This document shows, piece by piece, positions 38,720 through 51,614 of a stretch of 64,000 bases of DNA. The translations under genes and the position numbers were made by a program. This DNA is from Ranitomeya imitator (lineage: Eukaryota). The DNA lies in the NCBI RefSeq assembly GCF_032444005.1, contig NC_091287.1:78616001-78680000 (forward strand). Direction: 5' to 3'. Each line of letters starts with the position of its first letter. Within the stretch, counting starts at the first letter, position 1. Under the pieces are notes generated by a model. The model ran no database searches, was not told the origin of the DNA, and was given only the letters and a program-made list of their open reading frames with translations.

Positions 38720-39596
38720 CCAACCTTAACCCCAACACACCCCTAACCCTAATCCCAACCTCATCCATAATCCTAATCACTAACCCTAACCATAATCACA
38801 ACCCTTACCCCAAAACAACCCTAATGTCAACCCTAACCATAACCCTAATCAAAACCCTAAATCCAACACACCCCTAATCCTAATCTCAACCCTAACCTCA
38901 AACCTAACCCTAATCCCAATACACCCCTAATCACAACCCTAACCTTAACCCTAATCCCAAACCTAACCCTAATCCCAAGCGTAACCCTAATGCCAACCCT
39001 AACCCTAATACGAACCTTAATCCAAACCCTAACCCTAATCCCAGCTCTAACCCTAACTTTAGCCCCAACCCTAGCCCTAACTTTAGCCCCAACCCTAACC
39101 CTAGGGCTACTTTCACACTTGCGTCGTTTGGCATTCCATCACAATCCGTCGTTTTGGACAAGAAACGGATCCTGCAAATGTGCCCGCAGGATGCGTTTTT
39201 TGCCCATAGACTTGTATTGCCGACGGATCGTGACGGATGGCCACACGTCGCGTCCGTCGTGCACTGGATCAGTTGTGTTTTGGCGGAGCGTCGGCACAAA
39301 AAAAGTGCAATGAAACGTTTTTTTGTACGTCGCATCCGCCATTTCTGACCGCGCATGCGTGGCCGTAACTCCGCCCCCTCCTCCCCAGGACATAGATTGG
39401 GCAGCGGATGTGTTGAAAAACTACAGCTGCTGCCCACGTTGTGCACAATTTTCACAACGTGCGTCGGTATGTCGGGCCGACGCATTGCGACGGCCCCGTA
39501 CCGACGTAAGTGTGAAAGAAGCCTAACCCTAAGTTTAGCCCCAACCCTAACCCTAAATTTAGCCCCAACCCTAACCCTAAATTTAGCCCCAACCCT
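38720..39596 (+). repeat. Degenerate telomere-like (TAACCC)n array running into the gap
   Basis: Dozens of AACCCT units with TAATCC, TTAGCCCC variants. Confidence 0.85.
39105..39523. mobile_element. PIF/Harbinger-type MITE inserted into the TAACCC array
   Basis: GGCTACTTTCACACTT / AAGTGTGAAAGAAGCC TIRs, right flank TAA. Confidence 0.75.
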
Positions 39597-39804
39597 NNNN
39601 NNNNNNNNNNNNNNNNNNNNNNNNNNNNNNNNNNNNNNNNNNNNNNNNNNNNNNNNNNNNNNNNNNNNNNNNNNNNNNNNNNNNNNNNNNNNNNNNNNNN
39701 NNNNNNNNNNNNNNNNNNNNNNNNNNNNNNNNNNNNNNNNNNNNNNNNNNNNNNNNNNNNNNNNNNNNNNNNNNNNNNNNNNNNNNNNNNNNNNNNNNNN
39801 NNNN
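39597..39804. other. Assembly gap (208 N)
   Basis: Run of N. Confidence 0.99.
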
Positions 39805-41487
39805 CTGCTGTTCTCCTGCCGGCCGGCAGATGGAGACAGATGGCGGGCGCACTGGGCATGCGTCCGCCATGTTCTGCTGCCGGCGGCCAGGAGGAGCAGC
39901 AAGAGGATCCAGGGACCTAGGTGAGTATGCTAGGGTCCCCGAATCCCCCTATTTCTCTGTCCTCTGATGTGCGATCACATCAGAGGACAGAGAATTACAC
40001 TTTACTTTTTTTTTTTTTTTTTTTTTGCGGTCGCCGGTAAACAGTTAATTACCGGCGATCGCAAAACAGGGGTCGGTAATACCGACCCCGATCGTGCTCT
40101 ATGGGGTCTCGGCTACCCCCGGCAGCCGAGACCCCAAAGATTCTCCCGGTGCCGGCCGGCGGGCGCACTGCGCATGCGCCCGCCATTTTGAAGATGGCGG
40201 CGCCCACCGGGAGACACGAGGAGCATCGGGGGAGCTAGGTGAGTATTGGGGGGCCACCTGGGACCCCTTTTCTGTCCTCCGATGTGCGATCACATCGGAG
40301 GACAGAGAAATTAAAAAGAGATCGCTTTTTTTTTTTTTTTTTTTTTTGCGATCGCCGGTAAACGGTTAATTACCGGCGATCGCAAATGCGGGGTGGGTTA
40401 AAAAAAACCCCGAATCATGTTCTCTGGGGTCTCGGCTACCCTCCGAGACCCCGGAGAAAATCGGCCTCTGGGTGGCGCTATGGACTTTTTCCACAGCGCC
40501 GTTAATTAACGGCGCTGTGGTTTAAGTACCCTTAGCGGCCGCCGTTAAAAGGCGTATCGGCGGTCGCTAAGGGGTTAAGTGTCCCACAGAAAAAAACAAA
40601 CAAAAAAAACCCATATTTTCGCCTTCTGAACCAATGTCATTACAGTGATGTTTGCTCTGCAATTCCTGGTGGTCAGCAGATATTATGTACGTCTGCTCTG
40701 ATGGAATAGTGACGGCTGCAGCCATTCAACGGAATGGTGCATGTTTGTTTGTTTTCTTCTACGGAGACCATTCATCCATGTGTAAAAAAACGTTCATATA
40801 AACTACTCTAGCCAATTGCATTTGTCCGTGTGCTTCTTGTCTTTTCAGCAGTCATAATTGTATTTTTTTAATTGAATTGGCTATATGGGGCTTTGTTTTA
40901 TGGGACAAATGGCATTTTCTTTAGCATTGTTCTGGGGTATATATTAATTTCTGTGTAATTTAAATAAAAACAGCCACCCCCACACCAGCCAAACATTGCA
41001 GGGGTTGGCTGCCTAGTAGAAAAAATGCACATTGATATAACTCACATAGGACGCCAGTCACACTGATAAGTGTGGTGCATAGTGTCTGGTATGCAACCTA
41101 TCCATGACGCCCCTTTATCAAGTAGTTTGCACCTGTGCCGCCCCTAGCCTTTATCAGTGGAGGCCTGCTGCATCCTGCTAAGTGTGTATTTATCATCAGA
41201 CAGGGTTTTGGGAAGGCCTATCTCATGGTATGTATTTTTTCTGAGTTTTTTCTATGTGAGCTGTTTTTTGCTAGAACCCAGCAGCTCTGCAATGCTGGCA
41301 AAGATCTGGCGATTAGGTCATCGCCAGGTACTATTTAGCAAGCAAAAAAGAAAACAAAAGCATTAACAAACCACATCAGTCTTCTCCCCAGGGTCGCTTG
41401 CTCTGTATGACAATCAGGGACCAGATCGGCTCCTGCTAGGTTATAAGAGCCATACCTATAACCCCAACTCGTAAATTTACAGTGAAA

Positions 41488-42154
41488 GCAAACTTCAAAA
41501 AACTGACTGTCCCTTCCAAAATATGAAATATGAATTGCATTACTGCATTAGATATATGAAAAATTGAGAAAGTTTAGCGCATAAATTGGCCAATTCATGC
41601 GTACCTGGAAGGCACGATAAGGCATTTCTCGTTTATCAATTTTTCATATTTCTAATGCAGTAATGCAATTCAATTTTCATATTTCATGTTTACCTGCTAT
41701 GGCGCTACAGTGTGCTGCCTTTTTGTTTGAGAGTATATGAGTTGGTGACTCTAGGATCAGCACCTGTTCACACTTAGTCTTTGTTTGGATGTGACGGTTA
41801 GTTTTTTGAAGTTTGTATTCATTAGCGTTCTGACTGACTGAGCACTCCACTTTTTAACCACAGGTGTTTTTAATCCCAGCAGGACCACTACCCCTCCACA
41901 GAGATATAGATTTTAGTCTAACAGAGGATTCATGTTCCCATACAGATGAAGACTTTATTCTAAGTGCGGAAAGGCATTGCTAGGTCCTGGAGACGAGAAA
42001 TGCCTTATGGTGGCTTCCAGGTACACATGATTTGGACAGTTTATGCACTAAACCTTCTCAATTTTTCATATTTCTAATGCAGTAACGCAATTCAATTTTC
42101 ATATTTCATATTTACATGCTATGGCGCTACAGTGTGCTGCCTTTTTGTTTGATT
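41488..42154 (+). mobile_element. Non-coding Penelope-like insertion 3 (partial tandem plus inverted pseudo-LTR)
   Basis: 17-bp flanking repeat GTAAATTTACA(G/A)TGAAA; direct repeat ~41637-41730/~42060-42152; inverted segment ~41520-41632 versus ~41993-42113; degenerate hammerhead at 41943-41980. Confidence 0.65.
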
Positions 42155-42509
42155 GTAAATTTACAATGAAACAGGATCAAAGCACAGAACCAAACAAGGT
42201 ACATTAATAGCACGTAGTCACTACCTAGTTAATAAACATTTACTATCTTAATTTAGGTTTGAAAATAATATTTTTTGTAACCAAATCAGATTTTTTTCTA
42301 TATAGTTTAGGTTTCAGATTAAGTCCTTAATGGGTAAAACAAAAATTCACTGAGTTGGGAGTGAAAATCCCTCATGTGAAAAACTTGTGAAGGGCTTTAT
42401 AGCCACAATACAAATTTTAAAATTATAAACTTTACCTTAACCCCTTTACAACCTATGACGTATAGGTACATTATAGGTCACCTCCCCCTGTTTGATGCAG
42501 GCTTCGCGC

Positions 42510-43419
42510 CCAGAGAGGTGAATATTCATTTCTCTTAAGTAGCGGCACATGTGACCACCTAGCAGCTGCAGGAAGGTTTCGGCTGACACTGTGCGCACTA
42601 CTGAAGAGCAAGGAATACTCACTGCTCTCTGCGCGCACAGTCCCAGCGTGCAGAGGAGAGACTATTCCAACGGCTGTGCTCTGCTTGTCAGCAGCACGTG
42701 ACGTCCCTGCTATGCGTTTCTTACAAGCATAAAGCAGCTGCTGGCATCAGAACAACAAGATGCTTCAAGGGAGAGCTGGGAAGGCAAGTGTAATGGTTTG
42801 TTTTTTTAATTCTTTCTGATTGGGCCATGCATACCAGGATAGGGATGGAGGCCAATTATAAGGATGGGGCCATGCATACCAGGACCGGAATGGTAGACAA
42901 TCATACCTGAATAGGGATGGGGCAATGCACACCAGGACGAGTTGGGGGCCCTGCATACCACGATAAGGATGGGGCCATGCATATTTGGATGAGATGGGGG
43001 CCCTGCATACTAGAATTATTATGAGGGTGATCATTACTGCCAGGATAGGGATGAGAGGGACCATTCCTACCAGAATAGGGATGAGTGGGACATGCACGCC
43101 AGGATAGGGATGATGGGGCATGCATATGGATTAGGGGGTCATGCATACCAGGACATGGATTAAGGGGTCATTCATACGAGGATAGCGATGAGGGATCCAT
43201 GAATACCAAGATAGGGATGATGGGGCCATGCATAACAGGGTAGGGATGAGGGGGCCATTTGTTTCAGGATGGGGTTGAGGGGCCCATATATACCAGGCAT
43301 AGGGGATATTAAGTATAGAATTGACCACATTTTTTTCTTCAATTTTGTTTCTTAATTTCCTCCTCTAAAACCTAGGTGCATCTTATGGTCCGGTGCATCT
43401 TATAGTCCGAAAAATACGG
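42510..43419 (-). mobile_element. Tc2/pogo-like non-autonomous element with internal minisatellite
   Basis: Terminus AAAATACGG|TA; GGGGCCATGCATACCAGGATAGGGAT-like tandem units at ~42820-43300; left boundary uncertain. Confidence 0.5.
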
Positions 43420-43974
43420 TACATAAAATCACATTTAATGCATTATATAATTCTATTATAATTTTGAGGTGGGTGTAAGCAGCATCTACACTTCCTTACA
43501 CTTGCTGTGTGGAGAACCTAGGCAGCCTATGCGCTCTGAGGGATCTGGTATAGATCGCATAATGAGAATCATTTGCTCTGCCGGAGTAAACAGAAAGTTA
43601 GTCGACGGCCAATCAGTAAAGGTTTATCGATTGGAGGACCTTTCGTACTGTAGGTCGGTCTGTGTAAACAGACCTTTACAGTCCTACTGCCTGTGAGCTG
43701 TTGCTCAGTGGTGTAAACAATAGGGTCAGCACTGTATCTTATGTTTTGTTTGCTTTGTATAGACAGTTGATAAATTTATTATGACATATCAGAAAATATT
43801 TGTTTTATGTTAAAAATGGGGAACCAGTTTAGCTTTTCAATACAGCCCATATCACGAAAACAAACCAACAAACAAAAAAATGCATAACATCAAATACCAT
43901 AGATACCATTTATAAGCGACGGCTATTTGTGAAATCACACCTCACTGTTCTTCTATGGAACAAGAATGTCTTAC

Positions 43975-44136
43975 CTCAATATCCTCTGTGTCGTGAATGA
44001 ACCTTCTGCTGACAGACTGCAAGGCCTCCTGTGGCCACTCATGGAACCAGTCAATAGCTGTGCAGTTAACTATAGCTGGGAACTTCCGAGCTCGGACACG
44101 CAGCGTGGAACCAACTGGAGAAAAACATAGAATGAC
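43975..44136 (-). CDS. dnah11: dnah11 exon 7 of 11 in window, 162 nt
   Basis: cttcag|GTCATT ... ATTGAG|gtaag; [39 protein letters not shown]. Confidence 0.96.
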
Positions 44137-44554
44137 CTGAAGAAAAAAAGAAGAGGGAAAGTTAGGTAACAATAACAAGACACACTCAATTATGCAGCAA
44201 AAACTAAGCACCAGGAATGCATTGGTTCTGTGATTCACAAACCTCAAACTTTCATTAATTTTAGAAACTACTAATATGTTTTCATTTACTTTACACCATC
44301 AACAATTAAAAATTGGAAAACACATTGAAAGTAATAACAAGATTGAATTTTCAATTATTCACTATTATGGTGTGGATTATTGTATATATTTAGAAGTGCT
44401 TTATGAATTTTAGAATGGAACGTCTATTTTTTTAAATGATATTATGAAATAAAGGAGTTGTTTCTAAGATAGCACTTTTTGGAAATAAACTTGGCAATTG
44501 CTTCTCGAGCCACCCGATTATCTGTTCTTGCCAGCAAAATTGTAGCTAGATATA

Positions 44555-46358
44555 TCGTATATATACACTTGTGTATAAACTGAGGTTTTAAGCACATTTT
44601 TGTGCTGAAAAAGCCCCTCTAAGGTTATACACAAGTCAATTATCCCTGAAAGCTGGCAGGGAAGGGGGAGCGGTGGAGCAACGGGTCACAGAGACAAGCG
44701 CTGGCGGCTGTGGCTAAAGCCTGTGCCCGCTGATAAAGAGAAAAGAATATTCATTTCTCTTATAGCGTGCACAGTGACACCCGCAGCCGCTGGCTTCCAG
44801 AAGACATCCTACTCACCCTCCAGGATGCCCTCGGAGTTTCTCGTTGGTCCCGGTGCCCTTGCAGCATCTCGATGGTTTCAGCTTCCAGCAGCTCTTCCTG
44901 TGCTCAGCGATCATGTGGCCCCGCTCATTACGGTAATTATTATTATTTATTGTTATAGCGCCATTTATTCCATGGCGCTTTACATGTAAGGAAGGGTATA
45001 CATAATAAAAAAGTACAATAATCTTAAACACTACAAGTCATAACTGGTACACGAGGAGAGAAGACCCTGCCCGCGAAGGCTCACAATCTACAAGGGATGG
45101 GTGAGAATACAGTAGGCGAGGGTAGAGCTGGTCATGCAGCGGTTTGGTCGATCGGTGGTTACTGTAGGTTGTAGGCTTGTCGGAAGAGGTGGGTCTTCAG
45201 GCTCTTTTTGAAGGTTTCGATGGTAGGCGAGAGTCTGATGTGTTGTGGTAGAGGGTTGCAGAGTAGGGGTGATACGTGAGAGAAATCTTGTATACGATTG
45301 TGGGATGAGGAGATAAGAGGGGAGTAGAGGAGATCATGTGAGGATCGGAGGTTGCGTGTAGGTAAGTACCGGGAGACGAGGTCACAGATGTATGGAGGAG
45401 ACAGGTTGTGGATGGCTTTGTACGTCATGGTTAGGGTTTTGTACTGGAGTCTCTGGGCAACGGGGAGTCAGTGAAGGGATTGACAGAGGGGAAAGCTGGG
45501 GAATAGCGGGGGGACAGGTGGATTAGTCGGGCAGCAGAGTTTAAAATAGATTGGAGGGGTGCGAGAGTGTTCGAGGGGAGGCCACAGAGCAGGATGTTGC
45601 AGTAGTCGAGGTGGGAGATGATGAGGGCATGGACTAGGGTTTTCGCAGATTCTTGGTTGAGGAATGAACGGATCTGTGAAATATTTTTGAGTTGAAGTCG
45701 GCAGGAAGTGGAAAGGGCTTGGATATGTGGTTTGAAGTAGAGATCAGCGTCAAGGATTATCCCGAGGCAGCGAGCTTGTGGGACTGGGGAGAGTGAGCAG
45801 CCATTTACTGTAATGGAAAGGTTCGTTGGGGGGGGTCACATGAGATGGGAGAAAGATGATGAATTCTGTTTTGTCCATGTTAAGTTTCAGAAATCTAGCA
45901 GAGAAGGAGGATGAAATAGTGGACAGACATTGAGGGATTCTGGTTAGTAGGGAGGTGATATCTGGTCCAGAGATGTAGATCTGTGTGTCGTCAGCATAGA
46001 GATGATACTGAAAGCTGTGAGATTCTATGAGCTGTCCCAGGCCAAAGGTGTAAATGGAGAAGAGCAGGGACCCTAGGACTGAACCTTGTGGGACTCCGAC
46101 AGATAGGGGGCGAGGTGAGGAGTTGGTGTGCGAGTGGAGACGCTGAATGTCCGGTCTGTTTGGTATGATGAGATCCAGAATAGGGCCAAGTCTGTGATGC
46201 CAAGGGATGAGAGGGTCTGTAATAATAGGTAATGGTTCACTGTGTCAAAGGCAGCAGACAGGTCCATGAGGAGGACAGAGTAGTGTCGCTTGCTCTTGGC
46301 GGTTAAGAGGTCATTGGTGACCTTAGTTACGGTAATGAATATACTCGAGTATATACGG
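44555..46358. mobile_element. Tc2/pogo-like non-autonomous element interrupted by a LINE
   Basis: Eroded CCGTATATA-like left end and ACTCGAGTATATACGG|TA right end. Confidence 0.55.
44938..46326 (-). mobile_element. 5'-truncated L2/CR1-clade LINE with reverse transcriptase remnant
   Basis: [31 protein letters not shown] (YADD at 45987-45998); (AAT)n tail; 10-bp TSD TTACGGTAAT. Confidence 0.9.
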
Positions 46359-47214
46359 TAAATGGTATATGTATTACATTACATACAGTATTGTATTACA
46401 GCCATTCAAACAGGATGTATGGAACAGGGTCATCTTACTGAGACAACCACATGAAATATTTAAAATGTACCCATCATCAGAAATGACATATAATATTTAA
46501 TTAATGCACGTCAAACTCAAAAAATATTTTATTTCTAAATATATTCAATTTTTTAAAAAGCAAAAAAATTCTACAATTTTACTGCATGTAAAGAAATACA
46601 TTTTCTAGTAACTGCTCAGTCGGCTGGAAAGTCAAGTTTTCTACAGGCAGCAAATGATAATTTACCGTATTTATTTTTGGAAAGGGTGAACATATATAAG
46701 TTTAAAAATGTTAAGTAGAGCTATGCATTATTTACATAAAAATGGTATGTATTTTTTATCAATACATAAAATATCAATAAATACAGAGAAACAGAGGTCC
46801 TCAGTCCCACGTGTGAATGGAGGGTAGTGAACATGTGCGACCACCAACCTTATAGACATTGAATGGAACTGTGGTCACACATGCTCAAAACTGCTTCAGT
46901 CTTACAGGGAACTTTAGAACCCTTTCTCGTAATTGGTAGGGGTCCTAGTAGATGGGTAGTCAGCAATAAAATCCTTTATCCTGTGGGTAGCTGCAGTATG
47001 GGACAACTCCCTTAATACATTCTTGCTACTGAGGCATTTATTCCATTAATACAAATCTTTCCATTTTCATAAATTAGTTTCTGCCATCTTTATGAAATAT
47101 TGGCTGAGGGTAGAAATGGAGGGCAGTAATTAATTCAACTGCAAAGCTCAAAGATGGGTAAGAGAAGAGGATAGCTAGTGATTTCTGTTATTTTTCCATA
47201 AGATTATTTTCACT

Positions 47215-47420
47215 GTAAGACAAGATCTACCCTCACCTATTGTATCCTCACCCATCCCTGGTAGATTGTGAGCCCTCGCGGGCAGGGTCCTCTCTCCTAC
47301 TGTACCAGTCGTGGCTTGTATTGTATTAAGATTATTGGACCTGTTTTTATTATGTATACCCCTCCTCACATGTAAAGTGCCATGGAATAAATTTCGCTAT
47401 AATAATAAATAATAATAATC
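47215..47420 (+). mobile_element. L2-clade LINE 3' end fragment
   Basis: Matches 3' UTR and (AAT)n tail of the 44938-46326 element. Confidence 0.8.
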
Positions 47421-47481
47421 TTGTTATGTGCCAATCATTTTTCTCATCTCGCCTGTAGTTCTCCACATGTCCAGCAATATA

Positions 47482-48805
47482 CCGTATATACTCGAGTATA
47501 AGCCGAGAATTTCAGCCCATTTTTTTTGGCTGAAATTGCCCCTCTCAGCTTATACTCAAGTCATACCCAGGGGTTGGCAGGGGAGGCAGAGCGGAGCTGT
47601 GTAATAATACTCACCTGCTCCTGGTGCGGTCCCTGCACATCCCTGGTTCCCCGAAGGTGGCAGCTTCTTCCTGTAGTGAGCGGTCACATGGTACCGCTCA
47701 TTACAGCAATGAATATGGACTCGAATCAACTCTTATAGGGGTGGAGCTGCATATTCATTACTGTAATGAGCGGTACCATGTGACCGCTCACTACAGGAAG
47801 AAGCTGCCGGCGTCGGGGAACAGACATGAAGGGACAGCACCAGGAGCAGGTGAGTATGACGGGGGGCAGTGCGCGATATTCACCTGCTCCCCGTTCCACC
47901 GTCGGCACCGCTGCGTCTTCCCTGTCCTCTGCAGTGACGCTCAGGTCAGAGGGCATGATGACGCGATTAGTGCGCACCGCCCTCTGCCTTAACAGTCGGT
48001 GCGGAGGACGGGGAAGACACAGCGGCGGTCAGTGCTGGAATGGGGAGCAGGTGAATATAGCAAGTGCCGGGGGCCTGAGAGGTGAGTATGTAATTTTTTA
48101 TTTTTTTAATCGCAGCAACAACATATGGGGCAAATGTCTGTATGGAGCATCTTATGGGGCCATGTGCAGCATTATATGGGGCAAATATCTGTATGGAGCA
48201 TCTTATGGGACCATGTGCAGCATTTTATGTGTATGGGGCCATGTGCAGCATTATATGGGGCAAATATCTGTATGGGCCATGTGCAGCATTATATGAGGCA
48301 AATATCTCTATGGAGCATCTTATGGGGCCATAATCCGCATTTGTGGAGCATTATACGGGGCAAACGTGTCTATGGAGCATCTTATGGGACTATAATCAGC
48401 ATTTGTGCAGCATTGTATGGGGCAAATGTCTGTATGGAACATCTTATGGGGTCATAATCAACATTTGTGCAGCATTATACGAGGCATATTTTAATATGGA
48501 GTATCTTATGGAGTCCATCATAAACTGTATGGAGCATTATATGGGGCGTATTTTGTATGGAGCATCTTATGGGGCCCATCATGAACTGTATGGAGCATTA
48601 TATGGGGCTCCTGATTCAATATGGATATTCAAAAACACAACCTACTGATGTCTCAATTAATTTTACTTTTATTGGTATTTATTTTTGACATTTACCGGTA
48701 GCTGCTGCATTTTCTACCCTAGGCTTATACTTGAGTCATTAAGTTTTCCCAGTTTTTTGTGGCAAAATTAGGGGGGGGGGTCGGCTTATACTCGGGTATA
48801 TACGG
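47482..48805 (+). mobile_element. Tc2/pogo-like non-autonomous element
   Basis: TA|CCGTATATACTCGAGTATAAGCCG ... CGGCTTATACTCGGGTATATACGG|TA. Confidence 0.8.
48122..48610 (+). repeat. Minisatellite of ~50-bp units
   Basis: Tandem GCAGCATTATATGGGGCAAATATCTGTATGGAGCATCTTATGGGGCCATGT-like units, no unique spacers. Confidence 0.85.
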
Positions 48806-49942
48806 TATTCAAGTCTTATATCATTGATGCAAATAGCCTTGTTTAGCGTCATTTACCATTCTGACTGGTCTGCCAATAATAGGGATCCACATTCCTTAAA
48901 ATTATTTGAAACCAGTAAAGTAACCAGTAAGTGACATTAATGACAAGTAGACTACAACCTCTGCTGCTGCCGCTCCTGACAAACTGAACACTTAATCTTG
49001 CGTTACTCTAAGACTGATTCATCAGGCAGGTTCTTTACATGAGACATTTTGATAAATCAACTATACAGGATTAAAAGACACTTTCCGACTTGAGATAAAA
49101 TTAGAAGCTTTCATAAATCAAAAGTATGATGATGCCTACAATGTCAGACTGTCATCTTAACACAAGATAGGACACTGTGACAATATGATTAATTAACGAT
49201 ATAAATATTTAGCTCTACAGCAAATATGTTGTTTTAGTATTTTTGTATTAAGGTATTTATAGATATTAAAGAGTTGTTCCAAAACTAATCATGATAGTCA
49301 TCCTAAATTTCTATTGTATATTTAGTTTAATAATATAATTGTTTTTTCAATATGGTGTAATTAAAAAGTCACTATATTTTCCTCTAATATTATGTCTTCA
49401 TTTTATTTTTTTCACCTATTTCCGTTTTGATGACGCTTCATTTGAGAACCCCAGTGCATGCTGGGATACTCAAAAGAGACATTCAGGGGGCAGGGGCTGA
49501 GGTCACTGCCGCAGTCTCGGTCTCCGCCCTGGAACAAAGCATCACCAGTGTCCGTCATTTCAGGGGCTGGGCTAGTCCCCACTCTACTGAGCATGTGTAT
49601 GTTATTAATTGCGACATGCTCAGCACAAACTTCTTTGCCACTGTGCAATATACTTCTCAGTGCACAGTGACAGTGCGCTCCCTCGGCAGCTCTAATTAAA
49701 AGTGATGAGCTGGCAACAGATAGCACTGTCAGTGCCCAATGTAAGTGTAGAACAGGTGAACAGAGTGAATAGAGACTAGCTTCACTCCGAAAGGGAATTG
49801 GTTTCAGAGGTGGGGCAGGTCTCTGCTCCAAGGTCCTCAACTGGCTGAGATTACAGAATACAAATATATTGTTGTTGTGTCACAAAAGCTGCAAATACTA
49901 TACACAACAAAATAAAAATATATATATAAATCCCAGCCTTAC

Positions 49943-50085
49943 TTTAAGCTGAAGCCTGACTCTCTCCAGGAAGAACTTCCAACAATTTTCCTTTGAGTCC
50001 TCCAATCCAAGTCCTCGCACCTCATTGCGAATACCAGATACAATGGTGTCCAATTCTTCTTCATTAAACAGGTCAGGGACCTCTC
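49943..50085 (-). CDS. dnah11: dnah11 exon 6 of 11 in window, 143 nt (absent from ORF track)
   Basis: tttcag|GAGAGG ... CTTAAA|gtaag; (G)[47 protein letters not shown]; phase consistent. Confidence 0.95.
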
Positions 50086-51614
50086 CTGAAAGAATATTTT
50101 TTTATTTGCCATTTGTCTCCTGAAATAATTCTTTTTTTAATTTGCCACTAATGATTGTCTAAAAATGGTCTTGTGGTATTGTCTTGAATACAAAAGAAGC
50201 AGTTTGACTAGAGCAGCCTAATGTGTAATTTAGCCAAAAATGAACTTCTAGAATTTAGGAAGATATCAGAAAATGACATAGGTATAAGTTCATTATTTTA
50301 CCTGTGACCATTCCCAAAATACAGGCTCGTGTTCTCCAATATACTAGAGCTCTACCAGTGCTACTCAGGGATAATCTTGACAGCTAATCCAGTGAATTAA
50401 ATCAAGGTCTTTGGATAACCCATAGTTTTTGGAGCTGAGGTCTTTCTAGTTCTTGTATGCCATTAATTTTTATGACATAACGATAATTTTAGTTATATAG
50501 CGCCAACATATTCCGCAGCACTTTATAATGAATCGAGGACATGTACAGACAATAATTACAGTACAAGGTAACAGATAATTCAACAGTTACAGGAGGAGTG
50601 AAGACCCTGCTTGCTCACAATCTAAAAGGAAATGGGGGTACACAATAGGTAAAATGTGCTAGTCATGTATGGTCTTAGCTATCTTTATAATAATAGAAGT
50701 TTTCAAATAAAACTGCATAACCCAGTCAACAGTTACCAAGTGTTATTGGAAGAATGGAGGATGTGAAGACAGGTGAGTAGGAGAGACCAGATTCTGAGAA
50801 AGGTCATATACTTGTATGGAGAGAGGCCGCGTCCTGTGTAGTTACACGGCCATCCAGTGGGCATGATTGACTAGAGCCCACAGTGACAGGGCCATCCAGT
50901 GGTATGACTGACTAGAGGGCACAGCCTTGCTCCTTACAAGTGTATGGAAGCGAGGCTGCGTCCACTGGCCTGGAGTCCGACGAATCCCTGCAGTGCATAG
51001 TGCGTGTGCAGGGAGGGTTCGATTTGGACCTGACAACCCCTTTAGCTACTATATTCACCCCCTAAACATCAATTTAGGGTTCCTTTACCAGCTCACAAAC
51101 TGGTGAATCCCCGTAGTGCACAGTGCATGTGCTTGGGGATTCAGAAGTCTGCAGTCACACAAAACTGCAGTCTGCCGTTTTCAGGGAAAATATAGTTTGG
51201 AGAGCTGGCTGGGGACTATAATAGACGAGAGGGCACCTCCTCAGCTGTCTTCTCCTCACACCGCTCCTGGTGATTGACAGACCTGTCCCTATACACACAC
51301 ATGGGAGAGACCTGTTACTCAACTTGAACAGTGCAGAAAGAAACAGACGATGCTGGACTAGTCTAGTCTATTCCTACAGTCGCCAGCCGAGTCGAGTGAT
51401 GGGTTTACTTTAAATTTGGTCCAAATTGCAGATTGATGGGGAATATGTACCAAACACTTTTTTTTATCTTGCTACTTCTGTAAGTATAATGATTACAATG
51501 CTAAGTTCCTTATGAGAACAGTTTTAGTAGCATCACCATTCCTAAAAGTTCATTGTAACCAGAGACTATTTATCAATGGGAAAAATCTTTTAAGTAACGT
51601 GTTGCTGCAATCAC

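Larger units (their letters stand above)
35307..40574 (+). mobile_element. Non-autonomous piggyBac-like element with nested insertions and an assembly gap
   Basis: TTAA|CCCCTTAG ... CTAAGGGG|TTAA; ~390-bp internal repeats; telomere-like array. Confidence 0.75.

Noticed and set aside
38720-39596. True interstitial telomere or chromosome fusion scar
   Set aside because: The array is degenerate and occurs at the same internal position of three copies of one transposon family
48125-48648. Repetitive ORFs and a possible CRISPR-like array
   Set aside because: Tandem minisatellite inside a MITE; no unique spacers, eukaryotic context
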